From: a virus
Lineage: Duplodnaviria; Caudoviricetes
DNA length: 34,556 bases
Virus record (IMG/VR): IMGVR_UViG_3300038423_000572
Span: 1 to 34,556 of that record
Strand: one strand, 5' to 3'
The position numbers were made by a program, and so were the translations under genes. Below, in pieces: positions 9,731-18,272 of the stretch (the stretch's first letter is position 1; each line of letters starts with the position of its first letter). Below the pieces are notes generated by a model that worked only from the letters and a program-made list of their open reading frames with translations, searched no databases and was not told where the DNA came from.

Positions 9731-11986
9731 CTACCAGGTTTCGTCGGAGGGTTTGAGCGCCGTTTCCCGCTCGAGGAGTTCCTGAGTGCAATCGGGGCCG
9801 GGAGCGGCCGTGGCCGGGTCGGCTTTTGTTCCACGTGGATCACTGAGCAGGGCGCGGTTGTTTTCGAGCATGTCCTTTTTCTCGGCGGCCTGTTCGGGGT
9901 GGCGGAGGTTCATCCTCGTCCTGGCGGCGGCCTGGAAGGCGCTCTGGTCGCCCAGAAGGCGCTCGATGGTGTGCGGCTCGGTCCTGTTGCCAAGGTCGTA
10001 GCGCGGGCATACGGCGGCCACTTTGATCTTGCCCTCCTGGACGGTGACGGCGACCAGGCGCGACGGCGCATAAGGGTTTACCCAGCAGACGTATTTCTCG
10101 CCGTTGGGGAGGAACTGACCGGCGCTGGACTTTTCATCCCGCGCGTAAAAGTGGATGCGGTCGGGAGCGATCTCCGCGCACTCGAATGACAGCAGGCCCT
10201 TTTCGACGGTGATGGGCTTGCCGCCATTGACGGCGTTCTCTAGGCCGACCATGGCCGGGACCATTTCCCAGGGGAGCTTGGTCAAGAAGTGGCGATTGGC
10301 CTCGAAGACCTCGTGTCGGCTCAGCCGGATGCTGCTCAGCAGGGCCGGGTTGGAGTCGAGCAGCGCCTGCACCATGGCGGCCTTGGCCGGGTCCTTTTCC
10401 TGGAGCGCCAGGAACTGGGTATGACGGAGCCAGCGCGAGGCGGGGTCGGTCTCCGGATCGCCATCGGCCAGCCGCCAGATTGGCTGCACGTAACCGCACT
10501 TGTCCCAGCCCTGGATGCTGTGGCGGCGCGTGGTGTTGATCCGGTGGACGGCATCGAGCGCCCATTGTTGCCACTGCTGGTAAGGAGGGAATGGGAACTT
10601 GAGCATTTCGATCTGCTCCGGGCTCAAGGGCGTGCCGGCCTTCTCGAGGGCTTCGACCTGGCGGAAAACGGCGGCGGTGTATTTCTCCGCTCCGTAAAGT
10701 TGCTCCGGGGCGTGCTCGCGGTCCCGGCCCATCTGGCCAGGCAGGGACGCCATCTGGCCATCGATGATGGCCCAGATGCCTTCGACAATGGCCTTGGTCC
10801 GGAAGTTGCCTCGAGGCTGGCCCCGGAACTGGCCGGCGTGCGCGGGCTTGCCGTGCCGGCCGCCGACGTAGATGGTGACCTTGCCGGCAGTCGCGTCGTA
10901 AATGCGTTTCTCCAGGTCGGTCCGCGACGCGTCGGTTATCGGACGGCCTTTGCGGTCGCCGGCTATGCGGGAGGTGCCGCGCTCGCAAATCGCAATCGTG
11001 CCGATGTCCGCGCGGTAGCCGACATCGGTGAGCCAACTCACGAAGAACCACATGAACTCACGCTCGGTGAGGATGCGTTTGACCTCCTCTTCGTAATCCC
11101 ACAAAGTGGGTTTCATCCCGAAGGCGCAGATGTCATCGGTGAGGACTTCCGCCGCACCGAAGGCCAAGGGGCGCATCGGCTTTTTCTGGAACATGGTCTT
11201 GCCGTTAAACTGCTTGTCATCGAACTCGACGTATTTGCTGAACGGCAGGCCCACGCGGCTGGTCAGCACGGGGACGCAGTGCTCCGTCGCCTTGCCCTGG
11301 CCGATGCGTTCCGCGGTCTGGTCGTAGATATCGGAAACGAAACGCATCAGGTTGGCGTAAGACCAACCATAGGGATGATGGAAGGCGGGGTCCTCTTTGG
11401 GCCACTCGGGGTAGCCAGGGATCGAAGTGTATTTGACGGTGCCGGCGTCGCGGGCGAAGCCGTAGCCAGTGCGCCAAATCTGCAAAAGTTCGTCATAAGC
11501 CGCCGACCAGTCCTGTTGATTTTGCCCACCGAGCTTGCGCCAGAGTTCGATGAAAGCCTTGCGGCGGCCTATCGGGGTGTCGGCGTCGGTGGAGAACGTG
11601 CCGCGGTCGATCCGGGCCTTGGCCTTGTTCAACGCGATGCGCCAGTCGCCTTTCTTATAGCCGCGCATGGTGTCGCCGGTCCTGGTGAACTGGTAATACT
11701 TGGCGCGGATGTGCTCCGGTGACCAGCGGCCTTGCAACTCCGCTGAAAGGCGCTTGCAGGCCGGCAGAATCTTTTTGGATTGATGCACTTTATCGAGCGC
11801 GGCCAGCAGGCGGCGGCATTCCACCAGCTCCTTGTCGCTGACGGTGCCGGCGTACGCGCGCGCCTGGTCTGGCGGGATAAAGAACAGGAAGGACTCGCGA
11901 TCCGATTTAACAGAAGGCAACGAAGAAAACGAAGGCCCCTTCGTTCCCTCCGTTTGCTTCTTTTCAATGGCTGGATTAGCGTTCAT
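9731..11986 (-). CDS. MuA-like DDE transposase
   Basis: 751 aa; YVEFDD, ICERGT and GNFRTKAIVEG segments spaced as an RNase H-fold triad; upstream of MuB-like gene. Confidence 0.85.
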   Translation of the reverse strand: MNANPAIEKKQTEGTKGPSFSSLPSVKSDRESFLFFIPPDQARAYAGTVSDKELVECRRLLAALDKVHQSKKILPACKRLSAELQGRWSPEHIRAKYYQFTRTGDTMRGYKKGDWRIALNKAKARIDRGTFSTDADTPIGRRKAFIELWRKLGGQNQQDWSAAYDELLQIWRTGYGFARDAGTVKYTSIPGYPEWPKEDPAFHHPYGWSYANLMRFVSDIYDQTAERIGQGKATEHCVPVLTSRVGLPFSKYVEFDDKQFNGKTMFQKKPMRPLAFGAAEVLTDDICAFGMKPTLWDYEEEVKRILTEREFMWFFVSWLTDVGYRADIGTIAICERGTSRIAGDRKGRPITDASRTDLEKRIYDATAGKVTIYVGGRHGKPAHAGQFRGQPRGNFRTKAIVEGIWAIIDGQMASLPGQMGRDREHAPEQLYGAEKYTAAVFRQVEALEKAGTPLSPEQIEMLKFPFPPYQQWQQWALDAVHRINTTRRHSIQGWDKCGYVQPIWRLADGDPETDPASRWLRHTQFLALQEKDPAKAAMVQALLDSNPALLSSIRLSRHEVFEANRHFLTKLPWEMVPAMVGLENAVNGGKPITVEKGLLSFECAEIAPDRIHFYARDEKSSAGQFLPNGEKYVCWVNPYAPSRLVAVTVQEGKIKVAAVCPRYDLGNRTEPHTIERLLGDQSAFQAAARTRMNLRHPEQAAEKKDMLENNRALLSDPRGTKADPATAAPGPDCTQELLERETALKPSDETW

Positions 11987-11995
11987 TAGCGTCCA

Positions 11996-13039
11996 TTAGC
12001 GGTTGCCCTCTGCCTTTTGAATTGCCTTGATCTGCTGCTTCTTCTCGGCGACGGTCAATTTGCGCTTCGTGAGGGGGACGATAAGCTTGGTGAGCCGCCG
12101 CAACGTGCGGAGGGTTTCCTTCCACTCGCTCGTTTCCGTCAGCGTGATCATGTCGCCCTCGCCATCCGTGGCCGTGATTTTGCCGATCATGAGGTTGACG
12201 TCCGCCCGCAGGTCCTTGTGGACCTGGAACACCGCCTTTTTCCGATCCTCCAGTTCTTCGTCTGTTGTCCGCGGCTTCGGGTTGTGATGTTCCTGCGGTT
12301 GCTTCTCCCGGATGGCGCCGATGTTCCGGAGGAACTGCGTGACCGTCTTGCCCTCCGCGAATTCATGCCAGGCCGCCTGCACTTTCTCTTCAACGGGCTT
12401 CGGCAGAGAGCCGTCCGCCAACAACTGGATATTACCTACTGTGGGCAATGTGGCATGGCCTTTGCTGTTCAAATTGGAAGCGGCTTCCAATTTGGCGGAG
12501 GCGTCCATAAACCAGGTGATGGAGCGGTGCAGGATGCCGGGGAAATGCGCGGCGGTGAACTTCATCCATTGGCCGTGGTCCCCTGCCGTGGATGCTTTCA
12601 GCGCCCGTAGTTCCAGCCCAAAAAGGAAACCATACACGCCCATTTTCCCTGCGGTGGTCTTCATCCCGGCGTAATACGACTTCGCCCGGTCCACCCGCGC
12701 GGCCTGGTCCGCGCTCAGCACGGAGACATCACCATCCGCCGTAGCGGCGTCTCGGGAGAGCGCCGCAGTCCTCGCATCGCGCGCCGCCCACCGGGCGGCC
12801 ACTTCCGGCGTCATCTCGCTCCTGGGAAGCAAATCCTCACCGCCCTTTTTCGCGTCGAACCAAGCGGGACAACCCTCTTCGGGCCGGTTGTTTCTTCTGG
12901 GCAGGTCCGCGCACCCTGGCACCGTCAGGTAACGGCACGTCGGACATCTTCCGATCGCCGCTATCGCGGGTTGCAGACTGTCCCGATGCGGCATCGGGAT
13001 GTCGCTCCGCTCCATGGCCTTGGTATGGACTGTGTTCAT
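11996..13039 (-). CDS. DUF3102-like protein
   Basis: GLELRALKA...HGQWMKFTAAHF...RSITWFM; typical position upstream of Mu-like transposases; start uncertain. Confidence 0.6.
   Translation of the reverse strand: MNTVHTKAMERSDIPMPHRDSLQPAIAAIGRCPTCRYLTVPGCADLPRRNNRPEEGCPAWFDAKKGGEDLLPRSEMTPEVAARWAARDARTAALSRDAATADGDVSVLSADQAARVDRAKSYYAGMKTTAGKMGVYGFLFGLELRALKASTAGDHGQWMKFTAAHFPGILHRSITWFMDASAKLEAASNLNSKGHATLPTVGNIQLLADGSLPKPVEEKVQAAWHEFAEGKTVTQFLRNIGAIREKQPQEHHNPKPRTTDEELEDRKKAVFQVHKDLRADVNLMIGKITATDGEGDMITLTETSEWKETLRTLRRLTKLIVPLTKRKLTVAEKKQQIKAIQKAEGNR
12741..12766 (+). repeat. GTAG-REP-like hairpin copy 1 (in frame in DUF3102-like gene)
   Basis: GTAGCGGCGTCTCGGGAGAGCGCCGC. Confidence 0.85.
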
Positions 13040-13043
13040 GCGG

Positions 13044-13253
13044 CTAGACTTCCAAGGCTGGCGCCAGCGCGGCCGGCGTCGACGCCACGGCTTCGAGCGC
13101 CTCGATCTGGTTGAGCTTCTCGACTGCGTCGGCCAACTCCAGCCGCGCCATGTGCAGGTTCCCGATCTTGGCCATGGCCAGCGCCAGGCCCAGCGTGTCC
13201 TCGAGCATCCGCATCAAAAGCGCCCGTTCGAGTGATTCCATTTCTTCGTTCAT
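13044..13253 (-). CDS. Small helical hypothetical protein
   Basis: MNEEMESLERALL...; start reassigned to ATG 13253. Confidence 0.55.
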   Translation of the reverse strand: MNEEMESLERALLMRMLEDTLGLALAMAKIGNLHMARLELADAVEKLNQIEALEAVASTPAALAPALEV

Positions 13254-13267
13254 TGTGTTCTTTGCGG

Positions 13268-13501
13268 TTAGATCCTTGCGGCAACTGGCAGGCCAGTTCG
13301 TTTCCACAGCCAGGCCCGCCGCAGGACGCGGCGCGCGGCGGCCCGCCACTCGGCGGCCGAGTGGCCGGGCAACATGATTGCGGCCCGGTCCTGATGGGGA
13401 ACGCGCTGCCAAATCCAGGAGCAGACCAGCCGCCGTTGTCCGTTGTAAGGGCGGAGTATCTCGCCGCACCCGCAGGGGCATGGTCTGCTGTTCGTGGTCA
13501 T
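13268..13501 (-). CDS. Small CPCGCG-containing protein
   Basis: ATGA overlap at 13498-13501; CPCGCG motif. Confidence 0.55.
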   Translation of the reverse strand: MTTNSRPCPCGCGEILRPYNGQRRLVCSWIWQRVPHQDRAAIMLPGHSAAEWRAAARRVLRRAWLWKRTGLPVAARI

Positions 13502-13971
13502 GTGAGCCTCCGGGTTTTTAGGAAGTCCAGGGCGCTTGACCAGGTGATGCACGGCGTCCGGCCGCGCCCCCGGCTGTAATCGGTCTTGGGAACAAGCGCG
13601 AGCACCTTGTCCTCAATGAGGTTGATGGTGTGCCCCGAATCGCAGTTCCAGCAGCGGCAAAACCAAGAGCCGTAGAGGAAGGCCGGCCGCTCGCCTGGCT
13701 TGACCCCATAGACGAGCTTGACGATCTCGGGCTCATCGAAGGTCCGGGCCTCGCGCCAGGCTCTGACCGAGGCGGCCAGGAAACGGTATTCGCGCCGACC
13801 AGTGCCAGAGCGGGAAATATCCCAGGCGATGAGGGCGCCGAGCTCGGTCTGCTCTTTGATGAGGTTTTCGTGCAGGCCCAAGAGTGACCGCGCCCCAGTC
13901 ATCGACAACGTTGGCAGCCTCAGCTCAACCTTGAGCGGCAACCATGCTTGGATTGGAGCGGCAGTGGTCAT
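13498..13971 (-). CDS. Tandem excisionase-like (HTH_17) DNA-binding protein
   Basis: LSMTGARSLLGL...GALIAWDI...REYRF, and a second unit ending TPCITWSSALDFLKTR. Confidence 0.55.
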   Translation of the reverse strand: MTTAAPIQAWLPLKVELRLPTLSMTGARSLLGLHENLIKEQTELGALIAWDISRSGTGRREYRFLAASVRAWREARTFDEPEIVKLVYGVKPGERPAFLYGSWFCRCWNCDSGHTINLIEDKVLALVPKTDYSRGRGRTPCITWSSALDFLKTRRLT

Positions 13972-14090
13972 GAGGCAATCACCAGCGTGGCGCGGCTGCT
14001 GGAAGTAAGTGCGGAGCGGATCTCCGTTTTCTGGCCTGCGAGAATGCCGGCCATTCTGGACGCGAGAGCGTCGCCACAATGGAGAGTGAC

Positions 14091-14297
14091 TTACTCGGGG
14101 GTGGCATAGGCGAAAGTCTTCAGGTGTTTTGCGATTCTGGTGGCTACGATGCCCTTCCTAGAGCCCTTGGCTGCGCAATAGACGGTCGGGACCGAGTAAC
14201 CGTGCTGGAGGGCGAATGACCGGAGCGTGTAACCTCGGCGGATCAACCTAACGCGGAGATCCAGATAGCCTGAGTTTTTGCTTGTGTTCGCGGGCAT
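14091..14297 (-). CDS. ner: Ner/Cro-like HTH protein
   Basis: LRVRLIRRGYTLRSFALQHGYSVPTVY; first gene divergent from repressor. Confidence 0.8.
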   Translation of the reverse strand: MPANTSKNSGYLDLRVRLIRRGYTLRSFALQHGYSVPTVYCAAKGSRKGIVATRIAKHLKTFAYATPE

Positions 14298-14317
14298 GGC
14301 CGTATATAACTACTGCA

Positions 14318-14346
14318 ACTTTATGCGCTCGTTGATTGGTGGTCAA
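14318..14346 (-). promoter_or_regulatory. Sigma70-type early promoter
   Basis: Minus strand TTGACC-17 nt-TAAAGT, about 20 nt upstream of the ner ATG. Confidence 0.7.
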
Positions 14347-14364
14347 CAACAAAAGTCCAAAAAT

Positions 14365-15015
14365 ATGGAATTTTCTGAGCGGCTGTTTTTGAGGCGTAAA
14401 CGGCTGAAACTCACACAGGATGGGTTGGCCGCGAGATCCGGCGTGTCGAAACGGGCTATCGTTGAATACGAGAAGGGGGCAAAACCGACCGGCTCAATCT
14501 TGGAGAAGCTCGCCTCGGCGCTCGACGTGAGCCCGGCATGGCTCCTAGGCGGTGAGGGGCCGCCCCACGGCATGGATGCCATTCCGGGCGAGGCCAGTCG
14601 GGTTTACTCGATCATGGCGACCGACACACTGGCGCGTCATCTCGCTGACCTGGCCAAAAGACTGATCACGACAGAAGCGGACCATTGGCCGCGTCTGGTG
14701 CCCGATCTTCAAGCCATCGTCAAGGAACTGGCGCTCCGGGCGCGCGGAATTGCGCCCAATGCCCCCGAGGCCCCCGGCGATGCGGAAACAGAGCAAGGGG
14801 CCCTCAGGCCGCCTTTGCTCGACAACTCTGGCCATCCAGTCAGTTCAGATCTGGCCGCCGGCATCGCGGAGGCCGGACGCCGTGCAGGCGAGCTTGCCTC
14901 TCGCGAGCCGCAAGGGCATCGAGAATCTTCGCCTTCACGCGCAACTGGTGAAGCCACCGGGCATAGATCCTCGCGGCGGCCCGGCATTGTGAAGCCGTCC
15001 ACTGGCCCGCAATGA
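14365..15015 (+). CDS. Phage repressor (XRE HTH), no S24 peptidase domain
   Basis: RLFLRRKRLKLTQDGLAARSGVSKRAIVEYEKG...LASALDVSPAWLLGG. Confidence 0.88.
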   Translation: MEFSERLFLRRKRLKLTQDGLAARSGVSKRAIVEYEKGAKPTGSILEKLASALDVSPAWLLGGEGPPHGMDAIPGEASRVYSIMATDTLARHLADLAKRLITTEADHWPRLVPDLQAIVKELALRARGIAPNAPEAPGDAETEQGALRPPLLDNSGHPVSSDLAAGIAEAGRRAGELASREPQGHRESSPSRATGEATGHRSSRRPGIVKPSTGPQ

Positions 15016-15058
15016 GCTCAAGATCTGGCTCCAACGTAATGATCGGTCGTTTCTTCAT
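14840..15058 (-). CDS. Possible small antisense-overlapping protein
   Basis: 72-aa amphipathic helical ORF opposite the low-complexity repressor tail. Confidence 0.35.
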   Translation of the reverse strand: MKKRPIITLEPDLELIAGQWTASQCRAAARIYARWLHQLRVKAKILDALAARERQARLHGVRPPRCRRPDLN

Positions 15059-15129
15059 GGCGATGATCCTGCCGTCCAGTGGTGGGACAAAGGCTGTCCA
15101 ACCCTGCCAAAAAAAATCAGGAAGGAAGT

Positions 15130-15585
15130 ATGAGCAGTTATTACTTAATGGTCGGTGAGAAGCGCGAAGGCCCTTTTGACTTCGAGGCGCTCGACGAGAT
15201 GGTCAAGTCGGGCCGATTTGGGCCGGACATCCTCTTCGCCGAGGAAGGCGGGGCTCAGTGGCTGCCCGTAACGCAGTGGCCCACGTTGCTGCAGGACGCC
15301 GCCGAGCCGGTCCAGGCATCCGGCCCTTCGGCGAGGGATGGGGCGTCATCTGCTGAGGCCGAACCCCTTGCCTCGAAGGGCGACGGGTTCGTGTCCATCG
15401 CCAAGGTAGCCTGGGCGATAGGCGCGCTCTGCTTCGTGTTCGGTCTCTTCACGACGATCGAGAACGACCACAATTCGGGCGGGGCCGGCTACCCGGCTGC
15501 CGGCGCATTTCTGGCGCTCGGGATGTGGCTCTATTTGACCGGCCAAGTGATCCTTGCGCGGGCGGCAATCGAGCGCCAGCGTTGA
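15130..15585 (+). CDS. GYF_2 (DUF4339) domain two-TM membrane protein
   Basis: YYL...REGPFDFEAL.EM..SG.F.PD.L..EEG..QW.P; two C-terminal TM segments; GGAAGG upstream. Confidence 0.8.
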   Translation: MSSYYLMVGEKREGPFDFEALDEMVKSGRFGPDILFAEEGGAQWLPVTQWPTLLQDAAEPVQASGPSARDGASSAEAEPLASKGDGFVSIAKVAWAIGALCFVFGLFTTIENDHNSGGAGYPAAGAFLALGMWLYLTGQVILARAAIERQR

Positions 15586-15652
15586 AGGTTGAGTGTTGAA
15601 CGTTGAACGTTGAGCGTTGAACGTTTAACTTTCAACTTCCAACTTCCAACTC
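15582..15652. repeat. Heptamer tandem repeats (TTGAACG-like), then oppositely oriented CAACTTC-like units
   Basis: ttgaagg ttgagtg ttgaacg ttgaacg ttgagcg ttgaacg / tttcaac ttccaac ttccaac. Confidence 0.9.
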
Positions 15653-15681
15653 TTGACAGCCGCGCGGCGGTCTGCCAGGAT
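15653..15681 (+). promoter_or_regulatory. Candidate sigma70 promoter upstream of late operon
   Basis: TTGACA-17 nt-CAGGAT with TGn extension. Confidence 0.4.
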
Positions 15682-15687
15682 ATACGC

Positions 15688-15717
15688 ACCTCAACCCCCC
15701 AGGGCTGAGGTTTTTTT
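15688..15717 (+). terminator. Intrinsic terminator
   Basis: ACCTCAACCC-CCCA-GGGCTGAGGT stem (one mismatch) followed by a T-run. Confidence 0.7.
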
Positions 15718-15898
15718 GTGGAGTGCGGTGGCAAGCGGAGCGTGACACCGCTTTGGTTCGCCCCGAAAAGCGCCGTCGCGGCTCCGGTCTGCCGGTGCAC
15801 TCCAAGATTCTTCCAGGAAAAAGCGAGATAAGCCTACCGTCCGTTTTGTACCCCGGATGAGGCGTGATTTAATCGCACCGTCAGTGAACCAAAATACT

Positions 15899-16612
15899 AT
15901 GAACGCATTCATCCAAGCCTTCCAGGGCAAGAAAACCCACCTGACGAGTTGGCTCGTCATCCTCCTCCTCCTCGGCCAGTGGCAACACTGGTGGACGATT
16001 CCCAACGAAATCTACCTAGCCCTTTGCGCGCTGGCGCTGACGTTCCTGCGCGCGGGCGTGGCCCGCGACATCGGCGATGCCTCGCTCGGAGCGCCGGCTT
16101 CAGCCGGCTTATCCGCCCCGACCACCGCCCAGGCCGCGCCGAACACTGGCCAGCCCCCCAGCGTCGTGGACGCCCGGCCGGGCGGCCTCGGCGCGGCGAT
16201 GCTCTGGACCTTCGTCCAGGGAACCATTGCCATCCTGGCCGGCAGTGGCGTCTGCCTCTGGCTCGTGCTGCTCTCGCCAGGCTGTGCGACGCAACTCGCC
16301 CCTGGCGGCGTCTATTCCGGCGATCCATTCCTCTACTGGGCCGATCAGACGGTCGTTACAACTACGACTGCGCTGGATGACTTCGAGGCCTGGGAATTGG
16401 TGAACTACAGCTACCTCACTGCCAACGCGCCCGGCGTGGTCGAGACCGCGGAAATCATCCGGACCAACGCCCCGGCCTGCTACAACGACTACCTGAGCGC
16501 CCGGTCGGCATACAAACTCCTCTTCTCGGCCGCTTCGAGCAACGGCCTCCTGTCGGCCGTCATGACCTACACCAACCTGCAATCGGGCGCGGTGACCAAC
16601 GCTATTCCGTAG
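15899..16612 (+). CDS. Holin-like N-terminus fused to an internal lipobox-containing domain
   Basis: FQGKKTHL + two TM + FLRAGV; later hydrophobic stretch ending LLSPGC; first late gene. Confidence 0.55.
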   Translation: MNAFIQAFQGKKTHLTSWLVILLLLGQWQHWWTIPNEIYLALCALALTFLRAGVARDIGDASLGAPASAGLSAPTTAQAAPNTGQPPSVVDARPGGLGAAMLWTFVQGTIAILAGSGVCLWLVLLSPGCATQLAPGGVYSGDPFLYWADQTVVTTTTALDDFEAWELVNYSYLTANAPGVVETAEIIRTNAPACYNDYLSARSAYKLLFSAASSNGLLSAVMTYTNLQSGAVTNAIP

Positions 16613-16655
16613 CCAGTCCGGCTCATCAATCCAACCATCCACCAATCCAGTTCTT

Positions 16656-16961
16656 ATGACCACGTTTCAAACTGTCGAAATCGTCGCCGAAGACGCCCTG
16701 AACGTCATCAACACCGTCCTGCCATTCGTGGAGAAGGCCATGCCTGTGGTTGCGGCCGCGGGCGGCCCCATCGGCCTGGGCGTCTCCGCGGCGGCCGCGT
16801 TGCTCCCCTTGCTCCAGCAGATCCCGACCGGGACCGTCATCACGGTCGCCCAGCAATCCGCCCTGGCCGCCCGCATTGCGGCGTTGCCGGGGATGTTCAC
16901 CGGCCCCGAGTGGAAGCCGCGCCCCGCGCTCCCCGCGCCCGCACCGGCCCCGGCGAAGTAA
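16656..16961 (+). CDS. Hypothetical membrane-associated protein (lysis region)
   Basis: 101 aa, hydrophobic AAAGGPIGLGVSAAAALLPLL. Confidence 0.65.
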   Translation: MTTFQTVEIVAEDALNVINTVLPFVEKAMPVVAAAGGPIGLGVSAAAALLPLLQQIPTGTVITVAQQSALAARIAALPGMFTGPEWKPRPALPAPAPAPAK

Positions 16962-16972
16962 CCGCAGAGAAC

Positions 16973-17389
16973 ATGAAACCGCACATCGAACAGACGGTGA
17001 GCGACCTGCGCGAGCAGGTCGCCTGCGTCCAGCGCGTCATCGATCTCCTCGAGCGCCTGGTCGCCCTCAAGTATGAACTGCGCGCAACCCTGCTTCCCGA
17101 GAGGGACGCGCCGGTCCGCAACGGCGCGCCCACGCTTGCCGGCCCCCATCCCACCCGCGTCCAGGAATGTGGCGCACGCCCTTCCAAACGCCGCGTAGCG
17201 GCGTCTCGGCAGGGCGCCGCCATAAAGCCAAGCCGGCCCGCGGACGCCGATCTCTCGCCGCGCCAGAAGCTTCTCTAGCTCGAAGAGGCCCTTGCCGTCC
17301 GCGATTCCCATCGCGCGGCCGGCAGGGAGAAGATGGCCAAAGCGTATCAGCAAAAGGCCGACCAGCTCCAAGCCGCGCTCGACAAGTAA
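16973..17389 (+). pseudogene. Helical protein interrupted by in-frame TAG at 17276-17278
   Basis: Frame continues past the TAG as LEEALAVRDSHRAAGREKMAKAYQQKADQLQAALDK* and fills the gap to the next gene. Confidence 0.5.
17195..17220 (+). repeat. GTAG-REP-like hairpin copy 2 (in frame)
   Basis: GTAGCGGCGTCTCGGCAGGGCGCCGC. Confidence 0.85.
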
Positions 17390-17419
17390 CACTCGACACT
17401 CGACACTCGGCCCTCTCCC

Positions 17420-17860
17420 ATGCTCGCCCAACTCGACTCCGTTCCTGCTTCCATCGCCGCCTGGCTCGCCTGCCTGTTCTTCCTGGTGGCCCTGCTGAAC
17501 AGCCTTATCAAGTTCAAGCGCAACGTCTGGCCGGAGGATAAGCCCGAGGGACGAGCCATCAGCCCTCAGCCGCTTGGAGTCAGGATCGAGCACGGCCTGG
17601 TGACCGACGCGGCCTGCAAAGCGCGACACCAGACCATCGAGGGCGAGCTCGGCAGCCTGCGCACCATCCGCGAAGAGGACACCAAGGCGGCCGGGTTGAG
17701 CCGCAAGGCAATCTACGAAAAAATCGAGGAGAAGGACGAAGCCATGCGCCGGCACATCGAGAGCGTCCGCGTAGAGCTCTCCGAGAAGATCGACGGCACA
17801 CCCGACCGCATCATCGCCATCCTTCGCAATTTTGGAGTGATCGGGAAGGCGAGCCGCTAA
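17420..17860 (+). CDS. Mu gp25-like TM plus coiled-coil protein
   Basis: N-terminal TM, coiled coil, precedes gp26/gp27-like genes. Confidence 0.6.
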   Translation: MLAQLDSVPASIAAWLACLFFLVALLNSLIKFKRNVWPEDKPEGRAISPQPLGVRIEHGLVTDAACKARHQTIEGELGSLRTIREEDTKAAGLSRKAIYEKIEEKDEAMRRHIESVRVELSEKIDGTPDRIIAILRNFGVIGKASR

Positions 17861-17869
17861 TCCACGCTG

Positions 17870-18142
17870 ATGAACTTGACGCCGGAACTACGAGAGCAGG
17901 TGCGCTTGAGCCTGTTGCGCTACGGCCTGGGCACTTTCACCGTAGGCCTGGCGCGGCAATACCTCGCCTCCGAGGGCTTCCGCGGCCTGAGCCGGGAGGA
18001 TGTCCAGGCGGAGATCGATTACCTGGCCGATGCGGGCAAGGGCCTGCTGGCCCACGAGAGCAAGCCGGTCTCCCCCGAAGTGCGGAAGTACAAAACCACG
18101 GCGGCCGGCCGGGACTACCTGGCCGAACAGGGAGTTGCCTGA
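17870..18142 (+). CDS. Mu gp26-like winged-helix protein
   Basis: VRLSLLRY...SREDVQAEIDYLADAGKGLL...TTAAGRDYL. Confidence 0.7.
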   Translation: MNLTPELREQVRLSLLRYGLGTFTVGLARQYLASEGFRGLSREDVQAEIDYLADAGKGLLAHESKPVSPEVRKYKTTAAGRDYLAEQGVA

Positions 18143-18144
18143 TG

Positions 18145-18270
18145 AACCGCAAAGAACGCAGAGAACACAGAGACGGCGGTCTTTCGGCTGGCGACGCTCC
18201 GACTGACGCTCTTTGCGTTCTTTGCGTTCTTTGCGGCCATTCCGCACTCCGCATTCCTCACTCCGCACTC
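18145..18270. repeat. Inverted pair of 9-mer arrays (CGCAAAGAA-like) plus TCCGCAC heptamers
   Basis: aaccgcaaagaacgcagagaacacagaga ... ctctttgcgttctttgcgttctttgcgg; tccgcactccgcattcctcactccgcactc. Confidence 0.9.
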
Positions 18271-18272
18271 GA

